Positions 33,015 through 42,994 of a DNA stretch of 64,000 nucleotides are shown here, piece by piece. The notes below the pieces were generated by a model, which did no database searches, was not told the origin of the DNA, and saw only the letters and a program-made list of their open reading frames with translations. The stretch covers positions 96,001 through 160,000 of the forward strand of contig JBHLNF010000004.1 of assembly GCA_048937405.1 (NCBI GenBank), written 5' to 3'. The number at the start of each line of letters is the position of its first letter. Position 1 is the stretch's first letter. The position numbers and the translations under genes are program-made. The stretch is from Promethearchaeota archaeon (GTDB lineage: Archaea; Asgardarchaeota; Lokiarchaeia; Sigyniarchaeales; SOKP01).

Positions 33015-33524
33015 TCATTTTCTCATAAATGTGGGAAGCATTAGAGAAAATATCTCTGCAATCAATTTTAGCTTAGATTTCTCTTGTATTTTTGTAACTA
33101 TTAGTATTGATTTGGATAGCTCTTCTTTGTCTAGAGTACTCCCGGAATAAATAGCTTGCTCTGTATTAAAAAGTAATAAAAACCTTACGTTGGGATTATT
33201 TACAATGCTAATTCCTTGGGTATTCTTTAAATCATCATAAATATAGACGCTTTTTTTGGAATATTCACTCCTATCAGTTGTAATTAATAGGACTGGAATC
33301 CCTCGTCCAACAATTCTTTTGAGTTCTTTTGCATAAAACTCATCTATCTTAGGAGTTACGATATTCAATTGATCTTCTGTTGAATTAATTAAATTTATTA
33401 ACATATCGTTCAGTACATTTTTTTTTTCCACACCCCCACTAGATTCTATGTTTACCATCCCTACTAAGGTCAATATTTTATTTTCCAAGCTAGTTATTTG
33501 TTCTCGCAAGCGTTTGTTTTCCAC
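33015..33524 (-). CDS. Small protein, N-terminal coiled coil plus PLD-like/TrmB effector-like domain without HKD (possible ATT start at 33551)
   Basis: LNIVTPKI...VLLITTDR...FLLLFN..AIYSG pattern. Confidence 0.55.
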   Translation of the reverse strand: MENKRLREQITSLENKILTLVGMVNIESSGGVEKKNVLNDMLINLINSTEDQLNIVTPKIDEFYAKELKRIVGRGIPVLLITTDRSEYSKKSVYIYDDLKNTQGISIVNNPNVRFLLLFNTEQAIYSGSTLDKEELSKSILIVTKIQEKSKLKLIAEIFSLMLPTFMRK

Positions 33525-33646
33525 TCGCAGTTCTACTATCCTATCTGAAATTTATATCAACTCTTTTTTAGTCTTCACAATAATAAATTTAGTAAATTAA
33601 CTATATTTTAATATTTTATATTTATTTGTTTTTACAAAAAAATCAT

Positions 33647-36238
33647 CTAAGAATTTATCTCTTTCCACGGTTTACCAAATAATGAAATACATGAAATTAC
33701 TAAAGTACTACGTAAATCAATTTTAGACGTGGTAATCCCGGAATTTGAATTTTTCATTTGTTGTTTTAAAGCCTTTTCCATCTTGTTTGCGATGTATTGT
33801 TGACGAGCCTTCAAGAAAGCGACTCCTTGACAAACCTTATTAAATAAATTTACCATGAAAATTGAAATAATTTGTCGAGTTTCATTATTAAAAATTGGAT
33901 AATTTTTTGAAGCAATTCCAGTAATTTTATCATAGTCAAATTGAGCAACGATTTCTGTAAAATTTTTTAATGTATTTCTTATTTTTTTTCCATCAACATC
34001 ATAAATTTGTGAATTGAAAAATATAAATGGTTGAATTTCAGAGGAGTTCTTACTTATGATCTGATTAATCTCATTAAATGTTAGAATCTGATTGTCATTT
34101 GTGAGAAAAAAACTATTTTTAGGACTCCAATTAGAATAGAAGATATTTCCCACAAAAACTATAATTTGATATTTTTCAGAAGATAAATTTGATATAATAT
34201 TCTCTCGTGTTGAATTAGGACCTATTAATGTTGCCAATTGTGTTACTTCTGATCTTTCATTAAAAAAATTTATCAAATAATTTATTTCATCTACTCCTGC
34301 TTGAAATGGAAAAAGTAATTCCTTTTGTTTTTGATTTTCATTCCATTTTAGAGGACTTTTTGAATTGATCGAATCAACTACTAAAACATTATATCCTATA
34401 TTAGACGACTCTAATGAGACATCTTTACTTTTAATATCATCAAAACCAATTCCTCTAAGTGGAACTTCGGATATTTTATAACCAATTGAATATTTTAAAC
34501 AGAAAAAGTTATTATCATAGATAAGATCAAAAGGAATGGTCATATTTTCTAATACAAAATATATTTGAGGGATATAATTCAAGTTTTCCATCTTATATGA
34601 TTTGAAGAAATTTCTTATTAGTTTTGGGAGAAACATATACAATAGTTCTCCATATTCGTTCAAATCAAAGTTGTATTTACGATCTTCAGATTCTACGAAA
34701 AGTTCTTCATAAAAGTCTACTAATTGAGAATCATTCCAGTATTCATCAGAGATTTTACCATCAATTAATTTACCATTAGTAGAAGTCATTCTATAAGAGA
34801 TTATCCCATTACTCTTGATACTAAGAATCAACTGTTTTATAGCAAAATCGTTTTGAAATAAATCTGGAGTATCATTATTGTCATCAAAAGCATAAATTTC
34901 TTCACGTAAATGCTTAGTTTCACTATATAGAACATCAAGATTAGTTATTATTTTACTAAAATCTTCATCTAAAAATGTAAGTATTTTTTGTGCTATACGA
35001 TAATTTTTTTCTTCAAAAAGGGCGCGATAGAACATCATTCTCCAAAAATCTCGTTGTTCCAATGCAAAGAACATAGATTTAAATTGCCATATAATATTAC
35101 AAGTATAGAAATAATGAAATATATCATTATTTTTTTGAGGCAATTTTAAGTGATTATCTAATTTTTCCAAGGATTGAAGAAGAAATTTTTTTTCTTTCAT
35201 AACTACAAACTTCTTGCATGCTTCAACCCATAATTCGATTAATAAATTATCATATGATAAATCTGTTTTATACATAAACAAATCCTCTAGAAAATCGTAA
35301 ATATCAAATGCAATTTCAAATCGATTTCTATTTATTGAAAAATCTATAAATCTTCGGGTATAAGTGACCGCTTCTCCAAATGAATTATATTCCTGAATTT
35401 TTGAGAAAATATTGCGTATGAAAAGAATAATCCATGAATATTCTCCAATATCGTTCAAATAATATATCAATTCTTCTAAATCAATTAAAATTGCATCAAA
35501 ACTTCTTTGATTAATTGAAATTCTACTAATATTACTAAACTCGGTTTTTAAATATCCTGGAAGACGGTTAATTAATAATTTATTAATCAATCTGACAAAT
35601 TCAGCAGAATCTTCCATTAAATCATACTTTAAACATACGTCTTCCAAAATTATATAAAGAAATAATGCTCGTTTACCAGGTTCTATATTAAAAATCGTTT
35701 TACCCAACGATTCCGTACTTAAATGAAAGAATTCAGAAGTTGCAACTGATTTTCTTAAAAATGCTTGCAATATCTGTAATTCAAATAATTTTTGAAACTT
35801 TTGATTTTCCTGCAATTTTTTAGAAAAAGAACTGATAAATTTGGTAATACCGATTTGAGATAAGTCATCCATTTTTACAAATTTTTTAAGAAGACTATCA
35901 CAAAAATTATTGAATAAATAGAAATCTCCTTGTTTTGATAAAAATGAGAAGAATCGTTTATATGCATCAATATATCTGATTAAATCAATACTTACTTTCC
36001 CATCTTTATGTTTTACTAATGAATTAATATACATCCACCATGAATTAGAAATAATCATTTTAAGTTGATGTTTTTTCTGAATATCAAGCCAATCATTTTT
36101 TTCTATTTCAAAACCCAAGCTGTCAAGTACATTACTTGCCCAGTTATGGTTCGCGGCGAAAAGTAATTTACGAGCAATAATAACATTCTTTTGGAAATTT
36201 TCCAAAAATTTCTTTCTTAAATCTAAATTCACAGACAT
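33647..36238 (-). CDS. Large helical protein with C-terminal degenerate CHAT (caspase-fold) domain
   Basis: IPFDLIYD, EI..L, TRENII, IIVFVGN (cf. IIHFAGH), FIFFNSQ (cf. LVFLNAC), FLKARQ, LFGKP. Confidence 0.65.
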   Translation of the reverse strand: MSVNLDLRKKFLENFQKNVIIARKLLFAANHNWASNVLDSLGFEIEKNDWLDIQKKHQLKMIISNSWWMYINSLVKHKDGKVSIDLIRYIDAYKRFFSFLSKQGDFYLFNNFCDSLLKKFVKMDDLSQIGITKFISSFSKKLQENQKFQKLFELQILQAFLRKSVATSEFFHLSTESLGKTIFNIEPGKRALFLYIILEDVCLKYDLMEDSAEFVRLINKLLINRLPGYLKTEFSNISRISINQRSFDAILIDLEELIYYLNDIGEYSWIILFIRNIFSKIQEYNSFGEAVTYTRRFIDFSINRNRFEIAFDIYDFLEDLFMYKTDLSYDNLLIELWVEACKKFVVMKEKKFLLQSLEKLDNHLKLPQKNNDIFHYFYTCNIIWQFKSMFFALEQRDFWRMMFYRALFEEKNYRIAQKILTFLDEDFSKIITNLDVLYSETKHLREEIYAFDDNNDTPDLFQNDFAIKQLILSIKSNGIISYRMTSTNGKLIDGKISDEYWNDSQLVDFYEELFVESEDRKYNFDLNEYGELLYMFLPKLIRNFFKSYKMENLNYIPQIYFVLENMTIPFDLIYDNNFFCLKYSIGYKISEVPLRGIGFDDIKSKDVSLESSNIGYNVLVVDSINSKSPLKWNENQKQKELLFPFQAGVDEINYLINFFNERSEVTQLATLIGPNSTRENIISNLSSEKYQIIVFVGNIFYSNWSPKNSFFLTNDNQILTFNEINQIISKNSSEIQPFIFFNSQIYDVDGKKIRNTLKNFTEIVAQFDYDKITGIASKNYPIFNNETRQIISIFMVNLFNKVCQGVAFLKARQQYIANKMEKALKQQMKNSNSGITTSKIDLRSTLVISCISLFGKPWKEINS

Positions 36239-36262
36239 AAGATTTTAAACCTTAAATCTATT

Positions 36263-37459
36263 TTAATTATCATTTTGAATGGGTTCTTCCACATTTTGCA
36301 TTTGATTAGTATCTTCTTGACTTGGATTCATAATCCATCCTTTTTTTAGCTTCTCTTGAGCCCATAAAACTGACGATCCAATCCAACTAATATTTTCCCT
36401 TCCAGAAACAGCAATAACCTCAATTTTATTTTTTAATCTGTCTGAAAAATGCTTTGCTATTTCCATTTTTAAACGTTTTTCTAATTCAGGAATTAGACTA
36501 CCTCCACCCGCAATAATAATATTTGGGACAATTGCCTCCCAATTTTCACGATCCCAAAATTTTATGACTTTTGATACAGCTTCAGGTAATCCTAAATAAT
36601 CGATGTGAATGAGTGAGGGATTAAATAAAGGTTCAACAAGCAGAAATCTTTCTGCATTAATCTCCAATGATGACCCATCCGGTAAATCTATTTTACTGTT
36701 AAATTTTGTTAATCCATTATTTATTCTTTTCACTTCTTCTTCTGGATTAAAAACACATAAACATAATTTCTCTTTAATTTCCTTTGCTATCATATAATCG
36801 AGATTTATGGTTTTACTCGAGCCTTTTCTTGTCAATATTAAATTTAAAAGATATTTTGTTAACTCCTTACCGGTTATTGGATATAAATCCCTTGCCATCA
36901 CATTAGAAAACCCATGTAAAAACGTGGTTATAGTTGTGTTTTCTTCTCCCATATTAATAACCACTCCACTAGTTTTCTGTAGTATAGCTAAGATTCCTTG
37001 AGATTCTGATAAAAATAATAAAGACGGAAAGTTATATACATTGAAAAAAATATCTTGCAGCTTGGTTTTTTCCAAATCTGACATATTGAAAGGTGATATT
37101 AAAATAATAGGTTGTTTGAATTGATTTTCTTCCTCAATATTCAATTTTTTATAATGATAATAGAAATACTTCATGAAAACATTATAATTACTTTCTTTCT
37201 TGAAAAAATGAATTTTAAGAATGTTAGAATATTTTAAAGCTTCCTGTCCAAAAAGTAATTTTTCAGTATCCTTTTCAGCAATAAAAATATCTTCTAGACC
37301 ATCGATTACTTCTGAGGTAAATAAAAAATCATTTTTATCTACATAGATACTAGGAGCGATAATATCTGGAAAATCATCACCAGCCCAGCCTAATCGAAAG
37401 TTCTGACTTCCAATTTCAACAATTATTGGTCGTAACTTGCTTTTTTTTTCATTAGACAT
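36263..37459 (-). CDS. Actin-related protein (divergent Asgard actin paralog)
   Basis: IVEIGS..RLGWAGDDFP, GKELTKYL, AKEIKEKLC, LPDG...ERF..EPLFNPS, IIIAGGGSLIP, SWIGSS. Confidence 0.92.
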   Translation of the reverse strand: MSNEKKSKLRPIIVEIGSQNFRLGWAGDDFPDIIAPSIYVDKNDFLFTSEVIDGLEDIFIAEKDTEKLLFGQEALKYSNILKIHFFKKESNYNVFMKYFYYHYKKLNIEEENQFKQPIILISPFNMSDLEKTKLQDIFFNVYNFPSLLFLSESQGILAILQKTSGVVINMGEENTTITTFLHGFSNVMARDLYPITGKELTKYLLNLILTRKGSSKTINLDYMIAKEIKEKLCLCVFNPEEEVKRINNGLTKFNSKIDLPDGSSLEINAERFLLVEPLFNPSLIHIDYLGLPEAVSKVIKFWDRENWEAIVPNIIIAGGGSLIPELEKRLKMEIAKHFSDRLKNKIEVIAVSGRENISWIGSSVLWAQEKLKKGWIMNPSQEDTNQMQNVEEPIQNDN

Positions 37460-37517
37460 GGTAATTTCAAAATAGAATTGTTAGTAAATTCTCGAAGTAA
37501 TCTTAAGTATTAATTAT

Positions 37518-38399
37518 CTATTTATAATACCCTACTTCATGAATAAATTCATCTGTAACTCGTTTTAATTGATATTCTTTAATTTGTAGCTCTAATAATC
37601 CTAATACTCGCTTAAATTCTCGTGACATAGTTTCAATATTAACTTCTGCAACTTTTTCAATTTCATTACGCTTAATTTTAAATTGTTCTAAACTCTCTTG
37701 AATTCTTTCAAAAATACTATTTATACTTATTGTCAAGTCATCTGTATTTTTCTTAGTTATTTTTCTCATTTTTCGCAAAATTGCTAATATATTAGATATT
37801 GACATTTCCCATCTATCATAGTTTTCGCCATAACTGACAAGTAATCCTTCAAAAAATTCTGTTAATTTTAAGTAAATATTCTCTTTTTTCACAAATGAAG
37901 GTTCTTTTTTAGTAGAAGATGATGGAGGTAATTCTTCGGCTTTTTCTAATGACTCTTTTTCGACAGGGATTTGTGTTTGTGTAGATTCAGGAGGTTCTAC
38001 TTGACTTATTTCTTCTGAGGGTTTTGATGTATCCCCTTTAGTTAGTTTATTTGATTGGGATATTTCTGCTTTCTCTTTTTTTTCAGGAATTAGGCTGGTT
38101 CTAGTTTTTTTTATATCTCGATCACGTTGAGTCAATGGAATATCTTCCATTACATAAGCTTCTGCAATTTTACTACGAGATTCATGTGTCAATTGAGGAG
38201 TAATCTTCATACCCTTATCTTTACTTGGAGAAATTACTCCTTGATCCTCAGATACACCTTTTAATAACTTTTGTAATGTAGTTTCAGTAGTCTTAGCCGA
38301 GTTTAATGCACTATCTAAAGAGTAATTAGGTATTTGAATCTCTTTTTCCTCTTTCTCTACTGTTTTCTTCTTTTTTTCTTTTTTCTTCTTTTTAGCCAC
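37518..38399 (-). CDS. Hypothetical protein: Lys-rich N-terminus, low-complexity linker, C-terminal coiled coil
   Basis: 293-aa ORF composition. Confidence 0.75.
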   Translation of the reverse strand: MAKKKKKEKKKKTVEKEEKEIQIPNYSLDSALNSAKTTETTLQKLLKGVSEDQGVISPSKDKGMKITPQLTHESRSKIAEAYVMEDIPLTQRDRDIKKTRTSLIPEKKEKAEISQSNKLTKGDTSKPSEEISQVEPPESTQTQIPVEKESLEKAEELPPSSSTKKEPSFVKKENIYLKLTEFFEGLLVSYGENYDRWEMSISNILAILRKMRKITKKNTDDLTISINSIFERIQESLEQFKIKRNEIEKVAEVNIETMSREFKRVLGLLELQIKEYQLKRVTDEFIHEVGYYK

Positions 38400-38449
38400 A
38401 ATTTAAACCTTCTTTTAAATTATTTTTATAACACCAAATAAATCAATTA

Positions 38450-38851
38450 TTAATCCAAGGGAGAGAATTCTACTTCTAACGCTTCTCCCTTTTCCTTTAA
38501 AATATTCTTTAGTTGATCCCCATTAGTAGGACTTTCAGATATCGCAGTTAATTCTGCTTTAACATTCTTCTCAATAATTACAGTTTCTGTGTATACAAGA
38601 TTAAGCTTTTCTTCTGCAAAAATATCAAGTAATTTTGCTAAAGCTCCTGGAATATCTTTCATGATTATTTTTATTTTGATAAGATTACTTTCATCTCGTA
38701 GTCCAATAGGGGTTATCCTTATCTCTTTTGTTTCTGAATCACTAACTAACATTAATTGGGAATTGGTTGTGATGCCAAGATTCTTTCTTGTCACTAACGG
38801 TAATACGATCCGTCCTCGATTATCAATTGTTATAATTTTTACATCTTTCAT
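38450..38851 (-). CDS. AbrB/MazE-type DNA-binding domain fused to ACT domain
   Basis: IDNRGRIVLP..RKNLGI; DIPGALAKLLDIFAEEKLNL. Confidence 0.85.
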   Translation of the reverse strand: MKDVKIITIDNRGRIVLPLVTRKNLGITTNSQLMLVSDSETKEIRITPIGLRDESNLIKIKIIMKDIPGALAKLLDIFAEEKLNLVYTETVIIEKNVKAELTAISESPTNGDQLKNILKEKGEALEVEFSPLD

Positions 38852-39068
38852 ATTTTTTATTATCGTTTTACTGCTATAAATTTCTAACGATAATTTATGG
38901 TGATAGTATTATTATAATTATTATCAAAATTATTATTAATAACTTTAATGTAAATTCTTTTCGATAATCCTTCTTTAATTATAATAATAAGTAAATCCTG
39001 TTTACAAAATTAATTATCTTATTCTGTATGAGATTTCAATTTAGATAATAAAGGAAAAAAAATAATCT

Positions 39069-41207
39069 TTAGATTTGATCCTTATGAGCTTTCATTTTCA
39101 CTGTTAGGTCTCTTGCTCTTTTAGAATACCAAATTAATAAATCTCCAGCATCTTCAGGTTCAAAGTATTCTCCGCCACACAAGGATGCTGCACGAGCCAT
39201 TAATTCACGATCAGGATTCCCAAGACCTACTATATAGGTGACAACGTTAACATTGATTGCTAATTTCTTAATTTCACTTAAAAATAAGCTTTCATCTGTA
39301 GCAACCCCATCCGTTAATAGAATAATCATGGTAGGTTGGTCTGGATTCATTTTTTGGAACTCAGATAGAACATTATTAGCTTGCACCATCGCAGATCCCA
39401 TATTTGTAGCCTGACCATAACTATTACCTACTCGATCAACAATCATTCGAGCGGCATCTTCAAGAACACCTTTCTTACCACTTGCAGAATCCATATAGAA
39501 ACTACCACCAAATGGAAGAATTTGGGCCTCATCTGCAAATCTTATGACTGCGACTTTTTCTCCGAATCCTCGTCCTACCTTTTCACTTAAAAAGAGTACC
39601 GCAGCAAATGCAGCTGAAATTCTGCGAGGTATATTTATTCCATCTTTAAAATGTTTCAAAAATTCTTGAATTTCTCTAGACTCCATAGCAGCTTTGATTC
39701 CCTCAATAGCAGGTGCAATATTAACAACAAGCACGTCCCTTGCCATCATACTTCGGCTTATATCTATAATAAGTATAGCATTAAATGGAATTAAACCTAC
39801 AGGACTTAAAGATAAGGTAGTATTTGGAGTTACTTTAGCGAAAATATCCCCTGTTAGATCAGGGACAGTGTCAATAATTGAGCATGCAATATTCACAGCA
39901 GACCATCGTAATTTGATACCTTTAAATATAATATAATTTGAAATCCACCCTTTCATTGAATCGACATTTTCTCGAGCAGTACTTATTATTTCCCACATAT
40001 TTTCTCCAGAAATAGGTGAGATTCCTAATGAAATACTCTGTAATGGGATTATTGTTCTCTGGTTTTTTGATACTTTTACTTCAAAACTACCAATACCAGA
40101 AGCTTCTAATATTTCACTATCAATTACAATCACATTATCTGGCGTTGTTTCTGATATATCCACCTTTCCAGCGCCCATTGCCCCAGTAAGTTCATCTTCA
40201 AAAGCTAAAATCTCATCGGGTTGGAGTGACAAAGTATATTGAGTACGTGGACTAACCAAAGCATAGCCCATCAAATTTGGTTGAGATTGGACTTCCAACA
40301 TTAATTCTGAAGCTGTATGTATTGGTGGTTCTGTAGAGTATATGACTATTTGTTCTGCTTTTATATTTGTATCTTCATAGGTATCCTTACTCATTTTTAT
40401 TTCATTCATTCCAATATTTGCTTGGTCTATTCTTGCTGACCCCATTGCTCTTGTTAACGGATCCTCCCATCCTATTAACATTCCCTGTCCTAAGCCTAAT
40501 TGCTGAAGTATACCAATATTTAATTGTATTCTTCCACCTTCGATACTATTATCTACTATGGGTGTCAGAATTATTCCATTTTTTTGAGTTTTTAGGGTAT
40601 TAATGTTAATTTTATTTGGAAATGGCTCAACTGGAGCCGTGGGTTGTATCATTTGTGGGGTAGAGCTTGGTTGTGGGATTTCCATAGGAGGAGGGGCTTT
40701 CGATGGGAGGGGTGATAATGAAGGTTGGGGGGTAGTATAAGGAGTAGGAGTGGGTTGAGGCACAGGAGTAGGTACAGGAGGAGGTGGATGGGCAAATGTA
40801 GGAGCGGGTTGGGGTACAGGAGTGGGTGCAGGAGTGGGTGCAGGAGTGGGTGCAGGAGTGGGAACCGTTGCAGGTTGAGGAACAGATTTAGATTTTTTTT
40901 TTGGGACTTTAGGAACTTGTAATGTGGGGGTAAGTTTTGCAGAACCACTAACAGGGCGAACTGTTAATTCAACTCCCGAAAATTGTATAGTATCTAATAA
41001 ATTCTTAGCAAATTGTCCAGCAAAATCTAAAATGGTATCAGAAATTTCTATTTTAGCATTTGTTTTTAAATTGTTATCAATATTTAATACTTCAACTTTA
41101 TCTCCATTCTTTACTCCCAATTTTGTAGCATTTGACTGACAAATTAGTACTTTATCTTTTATCTCATTATTTGAATCGACAAAAAGTTTTATTTCTGCCA
41201 TAATCAT
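39069..41207 (-). CDS. Cdc48-N-like (double-psi barrel) repeats + Pro-rich linker + C-terminal vWA domain
   Basis: MIDAS DISRS..T..LTDG; KLGVKNGDKVEV, QLGLGQG, IVIDSEILEASGI..VKVSK, DTVP....KVTPNT motifs. Confidence 0.75.
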   Translation of the reverse strand: MIMAEIKLFVDSNNEIKDKVLICQSNATKLGVKNGDKVEVLNIDNNLKTNAKIEISDTILDFAGQFAKNLLDTIQFSGVELTVRPVSGSAKLTPTLQVPKVPKKKSKSVPQPATVPTPAPTPAPTPAPTPVPQPAPTFAHPPPPVPTPVPQPTPTPYTTPQPSLSPLPSKAPPPMEIPQPSSTPQMIQPTAPVEPFPNKININTLKTQKNGIILTPIVDNSIEGGRIQLNIGILQQLGLGQGMLIGWEDPLTRAMGSARIDQANIGMNEIKMSKDTYEDTNIKAEQIVIYSTEPPIHTASELMLEVQSQPNLMGYALVSPRTQYTLSLQPDEILAFEDELTGAMGAGKVDISETTPDNVIVIDSEILEASGIGSFEVKVSKNQRTIIPLQSISLGISPISGENMWEIISTARENVDSMKGWISNYIIFKGIKLRWSAVNIACSIIDTVPDLTGDIFAKVTPNTTLSLSPVGLIPFNAILIIDISRSMMARDVLVVNIAPAIEGIKAAMESREIQEFLKHFKDGINIPRRISAAFAAVLFLSEKVGRGFGEKVAVIRFADEAQILPFGGSFYMDSASGKKGVLEDAARMIVDRVGNSYGQATNMGSAMVQANNVLSEFQKMNPDQPTMIILLTDGVATDESLFLSEIKKLAINVNVVTYIVGLGNPDRELMARAASLCGGEYFEPEDAGDLLIWYSKRARDLTVKMKAHKDQI
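40817..40862. repeat. 12-bp tandem repeat (CAGGAGTGGGTG x~3.8) encoding PTPA
   Basis: Read directly from sequence. Confidence 0.9.
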
Positions 41208-41438
41208 CCAACATTATTTTCAATAGTTTTTTAATATTTTAATATAATATAAGTGATACAGCTTAAAATTTCTATCAACAATTATTAATTTTACTCATTA
41301 ATTACAAACTAATATTAGTATAAGATATTTTTCTAAAATTGATAATAATGAATATAAAATATCATTAAATTAAATTCTTAAATATTTATTAGATTTTAGA
41401 ATAAAAATCAAAAGAAATTATTTCTTAAAATGTTATTT

Positions 41439-41828
41439 TTATGTTATTGGATAACGTTTTGCAATTTCTTGAGAGTAATATCTAAAAACTTTGACAATTT
41501 TACCTAGATCTGCTGTTTGTCTTGAAGCTCCCATTAAAAAAAAACGTCCAGCGGCACTAAGAATTATAAAACCATTATCACCACGTAGAACCACCTCGAG
41601 CATATTTGTATAACCTAAAGAAGCAACAGCATCACTTCCAGATTGAACAACAACAGCACTTAAACTTGAAAAGAGATCTGGATCCAAATTATAACCAGGA
41701 ATCGCACTAAAGGCTAACCTTAAACCCTCACGGGTAATTAAAGCCAAAGCTTCAAGTTCTGAATACTCTGTTATAGAACCAAGAAAAGTACTTAAAGCAG
41801 AGGCTTCATCAGGTGTTAAGTCACTCAT
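41439..41828 (-). CDS. Roadblock/LC7 protein
   Basis: LALITREGL, FSSLSA, EVVLRGDNGFII, DLG. Confidence 0.85.
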   Translation of the reverse strand: MSDLTPDEASALSTFLGSITEYSELEALALITREGLRLAFSAIPGYNLDPDLFSSLSAVVVQSGSDAVASLGYTNMLEVVLRGDNGFIILSAAGRFFLMGASRQTADLGKIVKVFRYYSQEIAKRYPIT

Positions 41829-41974
41829 AATTAACTAGGAAATACTAATCTTATTAATAATAATTAAAAAGTTTAAACTTAAAAATTTATATTACTGAGT
41901 AGTAAAATCTTTTTGCTAAGATTTAGTTAATCTTAATAAATTAATATGGATAACACTTCAGAAATTAGTATTTC

Positions 41975-42814
41975 TCAAGTGCCTCCTAATTGCTCTTTAA
42001 TTTGTTCTTTAAGCAATTCTCTTTTACTTTTTGTTTGTACGGGTTTAGATTTAGCGTCAATGCGTTTAAGAAATTCTATAGCTATAATTTTTCCATTCTC
42101 ACTAAGGATTCTTGGGGCATAATCCGCAGCAAAAAAGACACCTTCAGGAATAGCTCCAACTTTCGAAATTTCTTTAGTAACTTGTTTTTCACCTAAAAAT
42201 TGTTGTACTTTTTCAACAATGGAATATGCTTGATTACCAATGATAATTAATTCTCTTTCAAAACCAGCTGGTATTTGGATTTCTTCCAATTTTTGCATTA
42301 CTTGTTGAAAATCTATCTGGGAGGATTCTTGCATTAATCCTGTCATAGTTCCATCGCCCCTATATAAGGGACCAGTATTCTGAGCCGCTCTGTCTCTACT
42401 TCCTGCTATATTCATTCCCTCAGCGGGTTCTGGGGCTCCAAAAATATTCTTTTCGCGCAATGGATGTACTGTAGATGCAGAAACAGGTGCTGCTTTAATT
42501 TCTTTTGCTACTCCTGCTTCTGTGTGCCCTCCAATTATTTTAATAAATTCAGGTTCTTCTTCTCCTTCATCAAGTGGTACGACAGCATAATGCATTCCAA
42601 CTTGACCTCTAATTTCTTGTGATCTTTTTGCTCCAATGAACTTTGATCTGACACTACTTTTTAGGCCTTTCCATAAAAATACTTTTCTTATATCGTCTGC
42701 AACAAGAACATAACATTCTTCTGTTTTTAATATATCTTTTATTGGACCTTGGCTTTCTAATTCTGTAGTTGTCCCATCTGGGTTAATAAGAAATACTTGT
42801 GGTATTTTAATCAA
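41975..42814 (-). CDS. Single gelsolin-domain protein with C-terminal extension (Asgard 1DGelX-like)
   Basis: LKTEECYVL....VFLWKG.KSS..SKF.GA...DEGEEEPEF gelsolin repeat signature. Confidence 0.85.
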   Translation of the reverse strand: MIKIPQVFLINPDGTTTELESQGPIKDILKTEECYVLVADDIRKVFLWKGLKSSVRSKFIGAKRSQEIRGQVGMHYAVVPLDEGEEEPEFIKIIGGHTEAGVAKEIKAAPVSASTVHPLREKNIFGAPEPAEGMNIAGSRDRAAQNTGPLYRGDGTMTGLMQESSQIDFQQVMQKLEEIQIPAGFERELIIIGNQAYSIVEKVQQFLGEKQVTKEISKVGAIPEGVFFAADYAPRILSENGKIIAIEFLKRIDAKSKPVQTKSKRELLKEQIKEQLGGT

Positions 42815-42994
42815 TCTCCTTTCTATTTTTTATGAAATATAGTAGTTAATACTATTCTAAATCCTCAACTTAAGTTTTCAAAATAACGAATTTAATTATA
42901 TAATAAATAATAAATTAGAAATTAATAAATCTTTATCTTAGAGATTATTCACGTTCTGACATCTGTTAATGAACAATTATCTTTTTGCAAAACG

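Noticed and set aside
40649-40948. Repetitive alternative-frame ORFs (HPLL and RSGC repeats)
   Set aside because: By-products of the Pro-rich 12-bp repeat in the vWA gene
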